Positions 30,052 through 38,378 are shown, counted from the stretch's first letter. The stretch: 44,155 bases of DNA from a bacterium (GCA_037446635.1 JBBIIG010000034.1:1-44155), one strand, 5' to 3'. Notes: a model not told the origin generated them from the sequence alone. Translations and numbers: made by a program.

Positions 30052-30109
30052 CAAAGAGTAACCTCCCATAGATCTCAAGCCTGCGGGAGGTACTCTTTGG
30101 CGGTTTATC
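30052..30109. terminator. Hairpin after the peptide gene, related to the 18323 element
   Basis: CAAAGAGTA-ACCTCCC...CCTGCGGGAGG-TACTCTTTG. Confidence 0.7.
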
Positions 30110-30153
30110 CCGAAAAATGGTAGCTGCAACATTATTCGCTTTATCGAACCTTA

Positions 30154-30190
30154 ATCTATCTGTCTCCTCTGAGACTTTTTCAATCAGCTA
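30154..30190 (-). pseudogene. Scar of an RND permease 1 3' end
   Basis: 28/37 nt identical (hand count) to 18362-18398; reads KSLRGDR* versus KGLRGDR* in the intact gene. Confidence 0.75.
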
Positions 30191-30250
30191 ATAGTCAAGT
30201 AGCATTTAATTGGTAAGAGAAGTAAATGATCACCTTAAAAGAGATTTTCC

Positions 30251-30784
30251 ATGCGCAAAGGACCCGTTGTCAGTTTTAAGGTCAGGCAAGCCAAACCGCT
30301 TGCTCCAATATTAAAAGGTCTATCGAATATCAGTAAATTTCTTTTTGGTAGAATAGATTTTTCTTCGCAAACCAGCTCTGCGATTTTGAATTCACGGGAA
30401 GAAGCTTTCCTTCGTGGAAACGATGCTATCCAGGTAGAACATATACTCTTCTCCCTTCTCAAATTAGGAAAGGGAAACATAGTCAACGTTTTAGAAAACC
30501 TGAACTGCGACATAAATGCCTTACAGCAACAAATTGAATGGCAGATGGACAAGTCTCATAAAAAAGAGAAACACTCCAATTTGCCATTCTCAACTCATGC
30601 TAATAATGCCATTAAATCTGCGTCATCAATTGCAAATGATTTCAAAAGCAAAGAAATTGAACCCGAACATCTACTTCTGGGAATCGTGAAAACGGCAAGT
30701 GGTGAGCTTACATCAATCTTCCGACGATTTAATCTCACGTATGACAATTTGTATAGCGAGCTAAAAAAGATTCAATCCAACTAA
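30251..30784 (+). CDS. Stand-alone Clp N-terminal (double Clp-N) domain protein
   Basis: SREEAFLRGNDAIQVEHILFSLL and LPFS...IEPEHLLLGIV repeats; no AAA+ domain. Confidence 0.8.
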   Translation: MRKGPVVSFKVRQAKPLAPILKGLSNISKFLFGRIDFSSQTSSAILNSREEAFLRGNDAIQVEHILFSLLKLGKGNIVNVLENLNCDINALQQQIEWQMDKSHKKEKHSNLPFSTHANNAIKSASSIANDFKSKEIEPEHLLLGIVKTASGELTSIFRRFNLTYDNLYSELKKIQSN

Positions 30785-30792
30785 GCCCGCAA

Positions 30793-31194
30793 CTATCCAA
30801 AAATCTTCGGATCGGTCGCATTGGCAAGAGCTTCTTCGCGGGAAATGCGGCCTCGTTCGAGGAAGGTTTTGAGCGCCTGATCCATCGTCTGCATGCCGTA
30901 AGCGCCGCCGGTTTGAATGGCGGAAAAAATCTGGTGCGTCTTTTCTTCGCGGATAAGATTGCGCACCGCCGCGGTGGCAATCATAATTTCGTGCGCGGCC
31001 ACGCGACCGTTGCCGTCTTTGGTGGGTAGCAGCCGCTGCGCCACGATGCCCTGTACCGCGTTGGCAAACATGGCGCGAATCTGTCCCTGCTGCTCCGCCG
31101 GGAAAACATCGACGATGCGGTTGACGGTTTCCGCGGCGCTCATGGTGTGCAAAGTGGCGAAGACGAGGTGGCCGGTTTCGGCGGCAGTGAGCGC
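30793..31194 (-). pseudogene. pilT: C-terminal fragment of type IV pilus retraction ATPase PilT
   Basis: ALTAAETGHLVFATLHT, AVRNLIRE and GMQTMDQAL present; Walker A/B region missing; upstream 200 nt is unrelated. Confidence 0.85.
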
Positions 31195-31392
31195 CTTTTT
31201 TTCAACATCTTCAAAGAGTTGTTTCCTTGAAATCTTTAATTCTTGCATGGGCCTGCCTTTGTAGATTTCAAGCAGTTTCTCCCAAATCATTATAAGAAGC
31301 GCCCGGCGGCGCTCCTGTTTGAGTATCTTTGCGTATATCCTCACCGGCCTGGTGACAGCGTGGGTTGCCATCATTGCGATATGGGCCGAACT

Positions 31393-31781
31393 TTAAGATG
31401 GTGGGCCGCTCGGCTTCCGGTGGCAGCGTCCAGCGCAGGTTGTCCAATTTCTCCCGCAAGTTGAGCGCGGCGATGTCCATGTTCGTGCCCCACAGAAACT
31501 CGAGGGTCACCAGCGACACGCCTTCTTTTTGAAACCGACGTCACCCGCCGAACACGCGGGACGGTGCTCACCGCTTCCTCGATGGGAACGGTAATTAACC
31601 CCTCGACTTCGATGGACGGGACATTGGGATAGGAGGTCCAAACGGTGAGCTTGGGATAAGAGACATCCGGCAGCAAGTCCACCGGCAGGCGCCTGAGAGA
31701 CACCACACCTAACATGATCACCGCCAGAAAAAACATGGTGGTGGCTACCGGTCGGCGTACCGAGATTTCAGATAAAGACAT
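31393..31781 (-). pseudogene. 5' fragment (~129 codons) of RND permease 1 with frameshift
   Basis: MSLSEISVRRPVATT...; extra T at 31526-31530 (T5 versus T4 in the intact gene); homology ends at ERPTIL. Confidence 0.92.
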
Positions 31782-31845
31782 ATTGGGATTTCAGGACTGG
31801 TTTTCGCAAAAAATAGGAGAAGTGCGCGAAAAAGCAAAAAAATTC

Positions 31846-31877
31846 TTGACAAAAGCTGTTTTTTTTTTTTTTATCTT
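31846..31877 (+). promoter_or_regulatory. Putative promoter of cassette 4 with T14 tract
   Basis: TTGACA(31846), then AAAGCTG and T14 (31859-31872), with TATCTT at 31872; spacer 20 nt. Confidence 0.55.
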
Positions 31878-31957
31878 CAGTGAATAAACTATTGAAAATT
31901 CTGTCGCCAACTCAGAATTAAAATAAAAACTAAATTCCTTAATGAGGAGAGTCTAAA

Positions 31958-32182
31958 ATGAAAACGTTTAAAATATTAACTTTATTCATTTTCATGTTAT
32001 CATTTATATTGCTGTTATACCCCATTGAGCCTGTCTATGCACAGAATCCTTGCGCTTGTGTATATTGGTGTTGGTCGTGGCCTGACAGGTGTGAAGGTCG
32101 TCATCCTAATTCGTGCTGGATTGGAACATATAATGAATATCAATGTCCCGGTATTTGCTTCAACAATTGTTACCCCGTTTAA
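31958..32182 (+). CDS. Secreted 8-cysteine, Trp/Tyr-rich peptide
   Basis: RBS GAGGAG; signal ending VYA; mature QNPCACVYWCWSWPDRCEGRHPNSCWIGTYNEYQCPGICFNNCYPV; stem-loop at 32199-32240. Confidence 0.85.
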   Translation: MKTFKILTLFIFMLSFILLLYPIEPVYAQNPCACVYWCWSWPDRCEGRHPNSCWIGTYNEYQCPGICFNNCYPV

Positions 32183-32289
32183 CCAGAAAGTTCAACATCG
32201 CCAACGCCATTATGTTATGCTCATAGAAAGTGGCGGGGCGCGTGTAAACATAAAACACGGGTGGTAAGAACAACCAGTACTTTAAACGG

Positions 32290-33999
32290 TTGAGATATAA
32301 TTCTGTGAAGTCAAACAAAGTCTGGATTACAGGTTTTATTCTATCTTTTCTATCAATAATCCTCGTCATTGCCTATAGACTAGGTTGGCTAAATCTCTTC
32401 TCCTATGGGGTACACAACTACAAGAAAGCCAAGCAGCAATTGATTTCAGAGGTCGTTTCCCAAACCTTTCCGGATTTTCAAGTGTACACTGAAAATGGGG
32501 ATTCACTTGGAATTTCTGAGGTTATGGACGAAAAAATAAATTTGATACTTTTTTTGGGACCGGGTTGCATACCGTGCAATAGCCAAGTCATTGAAACAGT
32601 AGCAGAATTTCACAAAGTGAATCATGAACCGAAGATTGTCGCCCTTGTGTACAAAGGAGAGCATGAATTTGTCCACCTACGAACACTGGCTGAAACCAAG
32701 TTCAAAGGCCTTGTAGCAAAATTCAGTTCCACCAATAAGTTTGTAATACCCACTTTTCCTTCAGTTTATCTCTTTGACAAAGAAAGTCGGAAGATTGTTG
32801 ACGTGTTTTTTCCAGATGCTAACCGCATTGAAGATTTTCAAGATTTTCTAAAGAATGTGACTGAGCATACTCACCGAAGTTATCCCCAAAAAGTCACACC
32901 ACAATTTGCTGCTAATCGTGATTATTCAAGAAAGAGAGTCGAAACCATAAACCAGATGTTTTCTAGAAAGAAAGAGCAGCTCACGCTCGTTAAGAGAATA
33001 AAATTGGAGTATAACTCCGAAAGCTTAATTTCGGATGTCAGAGCGTTTGAAATCGGGAAAGATGGCGAAATCTTTATTGGGCACAGTTCCGGACAAAAAG
33101 TCACTATTTTTGGCTCGGAGGGAAATTATATGAAGACCCTTACCGTCGAAGATATTTATGGCCCGGGTAGAACAAACGCAGACTGCTCTCGAATTTTTTC
33201 TGTTGGAAAATCCCAAGTGGGTTTTCTTTTTATTGGATTCGTTACAGATTTGCCCCTTTATGATTTGCAGAAGAGCGAATTCAGTTTTATGCCATTGAAC
33301 AATGTAACAACTGATCTTATTTTTGTTCCGGAGCTAAGAAAGAAAAGGCTTCCCCGTAATAGCCCGGTGCTGGATGCGACTTTCGTTGATGACGACCATG
33401 TTTATCTGCTGAGTTTCCCTCAGCGAGTACTTGGGCAGGAAGGTTCGCCTCAAGTATTTGAGCTAGAAAACAATACCATTGTGAATAGTTTTGCCGCGTT
33501 TCCCAATTTACGGTATCCAAACTTTTCCCAACGCTATGCCCCCCAGCGTGCTCGCATCATTTGGTATGATAACATCTTGTACACCTACTGCCCTCTCGAA
33601 AATCGAATTTACCGATTTGATGCCACAGGGAATCGTCTAGACGATTTGGTTTACCCGATGGGCTTCATCAACCAGCCCGATGGTGATGCGCCAAATGATC
33701 CTCGTGAATGGCACAAATATGAGATTGGAAACGCCGACCTTTTCAATGGCATCTTTCCCACAAAAATTGAGAACAAGGCCTACGTGATTATCGCCCGGCA
33801 GAGGGACAGGTCTTTCTTTCTGGATGTGTTCGATGATAAGGATATGCTTACGGAGTCGATCGAGATTACCGGCTACTTCGAAGAGAATCGCATTGCTGAA
33901 CACAACGGACACTTTTATGGCTATATGTGGCCGGAAGTTGGTGTTCAGCGGTTCGAGGTCACGGGTAACCCTGAAGTTGTTATTTACTCTCTAAAATGA
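32290..33999 (+). CDS. Fusion of TlpA-like redoxin (CIPC) and 6-bladed beta-propeller
   Basis: TM anchor; FPDFQVYTENGDSL...LILFLGPGCIPC...FPSVYLFD; then propeller blades ending GNPEVVIYSLK. Start codon uncertain. Confidence 0.8.
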   Translation: MRYNSVKSNKVWITGFILSFLSIILVIAYRLGWLNLFSYGVHNYKKAKQQLISEVVSQTFPDFQVYTENGDSLGISEVMDEKINLILFLGPGCIPCNSQVIETVAEFHKVNHEPKIVALVYKGEHEFVHLRTLAETKFKGLVAKFSSTNKFVIPTFPSVYLFDKESRKIVDVFFPDANRIEDFQDFLKNVTEHTHRSYPQKVTPQFAANRDYSRKRVETINQMFSRKKEQLTLVKRIKLEYNSESLISDVRAFEIGKDGEIFIGHSSGQKVTIFGSEGNYMKTLTVEDIYGPGRTNADCSRIFSVGKSQVGFLFIGFVTDLPLYDLQKSEFSFMPLNNVTTDLIFVPELRKKRLPRNSPVLDATFVDDDHVYLLSFPQRVLGQEGSPQVFELENNTIVNSFAAFPNLRYPNFSQRYAPQRARIIWYDNILYTYCPLENRIYRFDATGNRLDDLVYPMGFINQPDGDAPNDPREWHKYEIGNADLFNGIFPTKIENKAYVIIARQRDRSFFLDVFDDKDMLTESIEITGYFEENRIAEHNGHFYGYMWPEVGVQRFEVTGNPEVVIYSLK

Positions 34000-35056
34000 A
34001 ATGAATAAGGTCAGCCCCATGTGTCGATCTCCCGAAAACAGCGCGTTTGTACCGTAATGATTTCGCCCGGCCTCGAAACGTCTCGCCGGGATAGGCGGGA
34101 AACGTCACCTCGGCTTTCCGCCCTTCCTCAATTAGACCAATCTCGCTCTCCAGCACTTGCGCTTCCACTTCCATTTGCGACAAATCTACCAACTTAAAGC
34201 ATTCCTGACCCGCGGAAATCTGCTGCCCAGTTTCCACTTGTAAATCTGCCACTACGCCAGAAAACGGCGCGCGGATTTCCGTGTAGCTCGAATTCAACTC
34301 AGCCCGCTGTAGGGCTAACTCGGCGGCGGTTAAACCGGTGCGGTGCGCCAACAGCTCATCGCGTTTCTTTCCCGCCAACACCTGTGCGGTTTCGTACTTG
34401 AGCTTCGCCCGCAAGAATTCATCTTCCGAGACTTGCCCTTGTTCATATTTCTCTCTTATTTCCAAGAATTTGTTCTCGGCGTCCTTCAACTCATCGAGAC
34501 GGACATTTCTTTTATTCCGTTCTTCCTGTTCGCCAACTTCCGCCGTTGATTCCGCCGGCATTGGCTCCACGCTCTTCGCCTTGCGCTCTTCGCTCTCTCC
34601 ACCTCGCTTCTCCTCACGCTGCAACATGCCGAAATCCACTTGCGCTCCCAACAACCTATCTTGCGCTTCCGCCAAAGCCAGGCGATACTCCCGGTCATCC
34701 AACTTGAGCAACAGGTCGCCCTCGCCAACCGATTGCCCCTCGCCAACCGCCAGCTGCACAATAGTCCCGCCAATTTTAGTGGACATGACAATCTCACGCA
34801 GCGCGCGCGTTTGCCCCGTGGCCGAGATGCGCATCACCAAATCACCAATCCGGGCAGGCATCGCCTCTACTGCAACAGCCGTTTCCTGAGCTGTAAAATC
34901 GGCGGCGTCAGGTTCGTTGGTCGAACCCGAGGCCTTACCGCTGAGCCGTGGTTGAAGCTGCCAAAACATTACCAAAGCAATGGCCGCGCTGACAAGGCCG
35001 AAGGTGATTAGTTGCAGGCGCCGGCGGGATGATCCCCAATTATTCTCGCCTCTCAT
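33980..35056 (-). pseudogene. 3'-truncated paralog of the RND adaptor (MFP)
   Basis: Very similar to 25048-26406 until GETFRGR (~34055); lacks the last ~110 aa; tail runs into the convergent propeller gene. Confidence 0.9.
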
Positions 35057-35165
35057 TTCTTACGAAGCAATTTTCTCGACCATTTTAAAGAATCCTAACA
35101 TGCATTTCAAGTCTCTTCTCAGCGCATCCCTGTCCGAACATCTTTAATAAATAGCAATGATGCAT

Positions 35166-37529
35166 TCATCTTTTATTCACCAACTCAAACAACCGATTCG
35201 GACTCAGTGGAATCTCGCAAATCTCCAACTTAAACTCTGGCAGCGCATCCTCGATGGCCTGCGCGAACAGCGGCCCGACGGGAATCGCGCCGGCCTCGCC
35301 CGCGCCTTTGATGCCCAGCGGATTCAGCGGCGACGGCGTCTCGATGTGCGCGGTCTCGATCGGCGGCATGTCGAGCGCGGTGGGCAACAGGAAGTCCATG
35401 AACGAGGCATTGAGAATTTGGCCGTTGTCATCGAAAAAAAGCTGCTCGTAAAAGGCGTTGCCGAGCCCCTGCGCCACGCCGCCGTGAATCTGTCCCTCCA
35501 AAATCATCGGGTTGATGACTTTGCCGCAGTCGTGCACCACCACGTATTTGTGCACCTTCACCATCATCGTTTGCGGATCGACTTCCAAAATCATGGCGTG
35601 CACGCCGCTGGCGGTGCTGCCGCGATCGGGACCAAAATACGCCGAGGCCTCCAACCCCGGCTCGGTGCCGGGTTTCACCGCGCCGCGCAAGGGGTTGGCG
35701 CGCACCGCTAAATCGCCCAGCGTGATCATTTTCTCCGGCGCGGCCTGCCCGCCAGAGGCCTCAGGCAGGCGGGCTTTCACAAACACTTTTCCGTCAGCGA
35801 GATCGATTTCATCTTCGGAAACGCCCAACGCGGCGGCGCCGTGTTTGAGAATTTTCTTGCGCACTTCGACGGCCGCCGCATGCACCGCGTTGCCGGCCAC
35901 TACCGCGCCGCGACTCGCGAAGGTGCCGCAGCCCCAGTGAAACTCGCGGGTGTCGCCGGTGGTGACGCGAATGTCGCTCACCGGCACGCGCAATTGCTCG
36001 GCGGCAATTTGCGCGAACGAGGTGAAGTGCCCCTGTCCCTGCGTGCCGACGCCGGTGGCGACATTTACTTTGCCGCTGGCATCGACGCTGACTTTCGCGC
36101 CCTCATACGGACCGATGCCTGTGCCTTCGACGTAACACACCACGCCCACGCCCACGCGCCGGCCCTCCGCGTGCAGCTTCGGTTGCTCGTGCTTGATGAA
36201 ATTTTCGTAGCCGATCATCTCCGCGGCTTTTTCCAGGGCGGGTTTGTAATTGCCGCTGTCATAAACCAGCGGCGCGAAATCCTGATAGATGATGTTGTTG
36301 TCATGGGGAAAGGCATCAGGCGGCAGAAAATTTTTGCGGCGAATTTCGAGGCGGTCGATGCCGAGCTCGCGGGCGGCGAAATCCAGCAGCCGCTCCATCA
36401 CGAACACGCCGTGCTGGCGGCCCGCGCCGCGATAGGGCGTAACGATGGGCTTGTTGGTGAACACCGCTTTGAATTCGCTATAATAATTCGGAATGTTGTA
36501 GCCGCCTAACAGCGTGCACTGGCTGTTGATGGGCACGGTGAGTCCGTAGGGATCGTAGGCGCCGGTATCGTGGAGAAACACATCGTGCACGCCGAGGATG
36601 CGGCCGTCGCGAGTGAGGGCGATCTCGGCGTCGTGGAGTTGGCCGCGTTCCTGCGTGGTGGCGAAAAAATTTTCGAGGCGATCTTCCGTCCATTTGATGG
36701 GACGTTTCAGCTTCATGGCGATCCACGGGATGAGCATCTCCTCGGGATAGAACATCATAATTTTGGGGCCGAAGCCGCCGCCGATGAACGGCGCAATCAC
36801 CTGCACCTGCGACTCGGAGAGGCCCAGCATGCTGGCGAGTCCATTGCGAATGGGGATGGGCGCTTGCGTGCTGTCCCAGATCATGAGCTGCTGGGTTTTG
36901 TCATCCCAGTTGGCGACGATGCCGCGATTCTCCATGGCCGCGGCCACGCCGCGGTCGTAGAAGAAGCGGCGCTTAATGAGCACCTCGGCCTGATCGCGAA
37001 TGGCCGCATAATTTCCTTTTTCTTGAATGACGTGCGCGGCGACGTTGGAGTCGAGATCGTCGTGCAGCAGCGGCGCATCGGGCTGCAAGGCTTTTTCGAG
37101 ATCGACGACGGCAGCGAGCGGCTCGAAATCGACGACGATTTCGGCCGCAGCGTCTTCGGCGATGTAGCGACTCTCGGCAACGACAACGGCAATCGGCTCG
37201 CCGACATGACGAACTTTATCTTTCGCCAGCGGCACTTGTGTGCGCTTGTTGAAGGTCAGCCGTTTGATGGGCGGCGGCGACACCAGCAGCGGCCCGGGCT
37301 GCCAGTACGATCCGAGATCATTCGCCGTGTAAACCGCGACGACGCCTTTGTGTTTTCTTGCCGCCGAAACATCGATGCCCTTGATGCGGGCGTGGGCGTG
37401 ATCGCTGCGGTGAAACGTGACGTGCAGCATCTCCGGCAGGTGGACGTCGTCCACAAACAAAGCTTGGCCGGTGAGAAGACGGTAGTCTTCATTTCTTAAA
37501 ATGGATTCGCCGAAGTATTTCTTAGCCAT
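35166..37529 (-). CDS. Xanthine dehydrogenase / CoxL-CutL family molybdopterin-binding large subunit
   Basis: EDYRLLTG, IGGGFGPK, PYRGAGR, QGQGHFT, QIHGGVAQGLG, GIKGAGEAG. Confidence 0.92.
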   Translation of the reverse strand: MAKKYFGESILRNEDYRLLTGQALFVDDVHLPEMLHVTFHRSDHAHARIKGIDVSAARKHKGVVAVYTANDLGSYWQPGPLLVSPPPIKRLTFNKRTQVPLAKDKVRHVGEPIAVVVAESRYIAEDAAAEIVVDFEPLAAVVDLEKALQPDAPLLHDDLDSNVAAHVIQEKGNYAAIRDQAEVLIKRRFFYDRGVAAAMENRGIVANWDDKTQQLMIWDSTQAPIPIRNGLASMLGLSESQVQVIAPFIGGGFGPKIMMFYPEEMLIPWIAMKLKRPIKWTEDRLENFFATTQERGQLHDAEIALTRDGRILGVHDVFLHDTGAYDPYGLTVPINSQCTLLGGYNIPNYYSEFKAVFTNKPIVTPYRGAGRQHGVFVMERLLDFAARELGIDRLEIRRKNFLPPDAFPHDNNIIYQDFAPLVYDSGNYKPALEKAAEMIGYENFIKHEQPKLHAEGRRVGVGVVCYVEGTGIGPYEGAKVSVDASGKVNVATGVGTQGQGHFTSFAQIAAEQLRVPVSDIRVTTGDTREFHWGCGTFASRGAVVAGNAVHAAAVEVRKKILKHGAAALGVSEDEIDLADGKVFVKARLPEASGGQAAPEKMITLGDLAVRANPLRGAVKPGTEPGLEASAYFGPDRGSTASGVHAMILEVDPQTMMVKVHKYVVVHDCGKVINPMILEGQIHGGVAQGLGNAFYEQLFFDDNGQILNASFMDFLLPTALDMPPIETAHIETPSPLNPLGIKGAGEAGAIPVGPLFAQAIEDALPEFKLEICEIPLSPNRLFELVNKR

Positions 37530-37693
37530 ACTTAGTCCTCTTTGAGATTTTGGCTTAGCCTGATTAATTTTTTATTATGATAACCGGATGTTTGTTAATT
37601 GGGAAGCCCACCTGTCAGCAGGGGCGGATCCGCTCCGCTAAAAAGTTTCCTCCTAAATGACAGGCGCACTCAATGTTAATGAAACAAAAAATT

Positions 37694-38281
37694 TCATTCA
37701 ACCTTTATTCTACTCGCCCACATCACCGCCCAGCTTCGGAATTTCATGTTGTGCACCAGATGCCAGGGCAGCGTTCGCCCGCAGGATCGAACCGGATGCG
37801 ACAGGAATTGATTGATGCGCGTTTCATAGACAAAGATACCGCCAGCCGCCAGCACGCGGGCAATTTCTTTCAGCGCCTTGAGCCGATGGCTGATGTGATA
37901 GCAGGTGCCGAAGTCAATCACGATATCGAACGACTGATCCGGGAACGGCAGCTTGCGCACATCCTGCACGTACAACTCCGCCGCCACGCGCCGCTGCCGC
38001 AGGCGCTGCTGGGCAGATTGGATGAGGCGGTCGTCAATATCAATTCCCACCAAGCGCTTCGGTTTGCACCATTTGAACAGCGGCGGCAGGGCGATGCCCT
38101 GGCCGCAGCCGACTTCCAACATCCGCTGCTGCCGGGGCAATGCCATCGCCGCCGCCATCGCCGGCACTTCTAAAAATTCCTGCATGAAATTCCGGCGGGG
38201 GACGTCGTTGAAGCCCACGTAATCGCAATCCAAAAACTGGGAAGTCGCTGTTTGGGGCGGGGTTTGAATGATGGCAGCCAC
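37694..38281 (-). CDS. Class I SAM-dependent methyltransferase
   Basis: MLEVGCGQG, LVGIDID, LPFPDQSFDIV, ALKEIARVL. Confidence 0.85.
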   Translation of the reverse strand: MAAIIQTPPQTATSQFLDCDYVGFNDVPRRNFMQEFLEVPAMAAAMALPRQQRMLEVGCGQGIALPPLFKWCKPKRLVGIDIDDRLIQSAQQRLRQRRVAAELYVQDVRKLPFPDQSFDIVIDFGTCYHISHRLKALKEIARVLAAGGIFVYETRINQFLSHPVRSCGRTLPWHLVHNMKFRSWAVMWASRIKVE

Positions 38282-38341
38282 GTTTCCACTCCTCGTTTTT
38301 TAAATTCTTTTGGCTGCCCTCGCAAGCGGAGTGCCACAAAT

Positions 38342-38378
38342 AAAACAGCCGATTCGACAGGGGCAAATCGGCTGTTTT
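38342..38378. terminator. 13-bp inverted repeat, intrinsic-terminator-like
   Basis: AAAACAGCCGATT-N11-AATCGGCTGTTTT. Confidence 0.6.

Noticed and set aside
30793..31374. 193-aa ORF as a functional PilT
   Set aside because: Only the C-terminal ~133 aa are PilT-like; Walker motifs are absent; the N-terminus is unrelated filler.
21371..31882. Diversity-generating retroelement (TR/VR pairs) as the cause of near-identical repeats
   Set aside because: No reverse transcriptase in the window; differences are largely synonymous and not adenine-specific; repeats cover gene 5' ends and promoters.
15650..33999. Integron cassette array
   Set aside because: No IntI/tyrosine recombinase; cassettes carry their own promoters; the hairpins lack recognisable attC R/L box structure.
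2230..37499. Long antisense ORFs (e.g. 2230-3450, 4249-5163, 20176-21246, 36570-37499)
   Set aside because: Shadow frames of GC-rich genes on the opposite strand, with no motifs or RBS.
35166..37529. True aerobic CO dehydrogenase (form I CoxL)
   Set aside because: Active-site loop is PYRGAGR, not AYxCSFR; no coxM/S or accessory genes adjacent.
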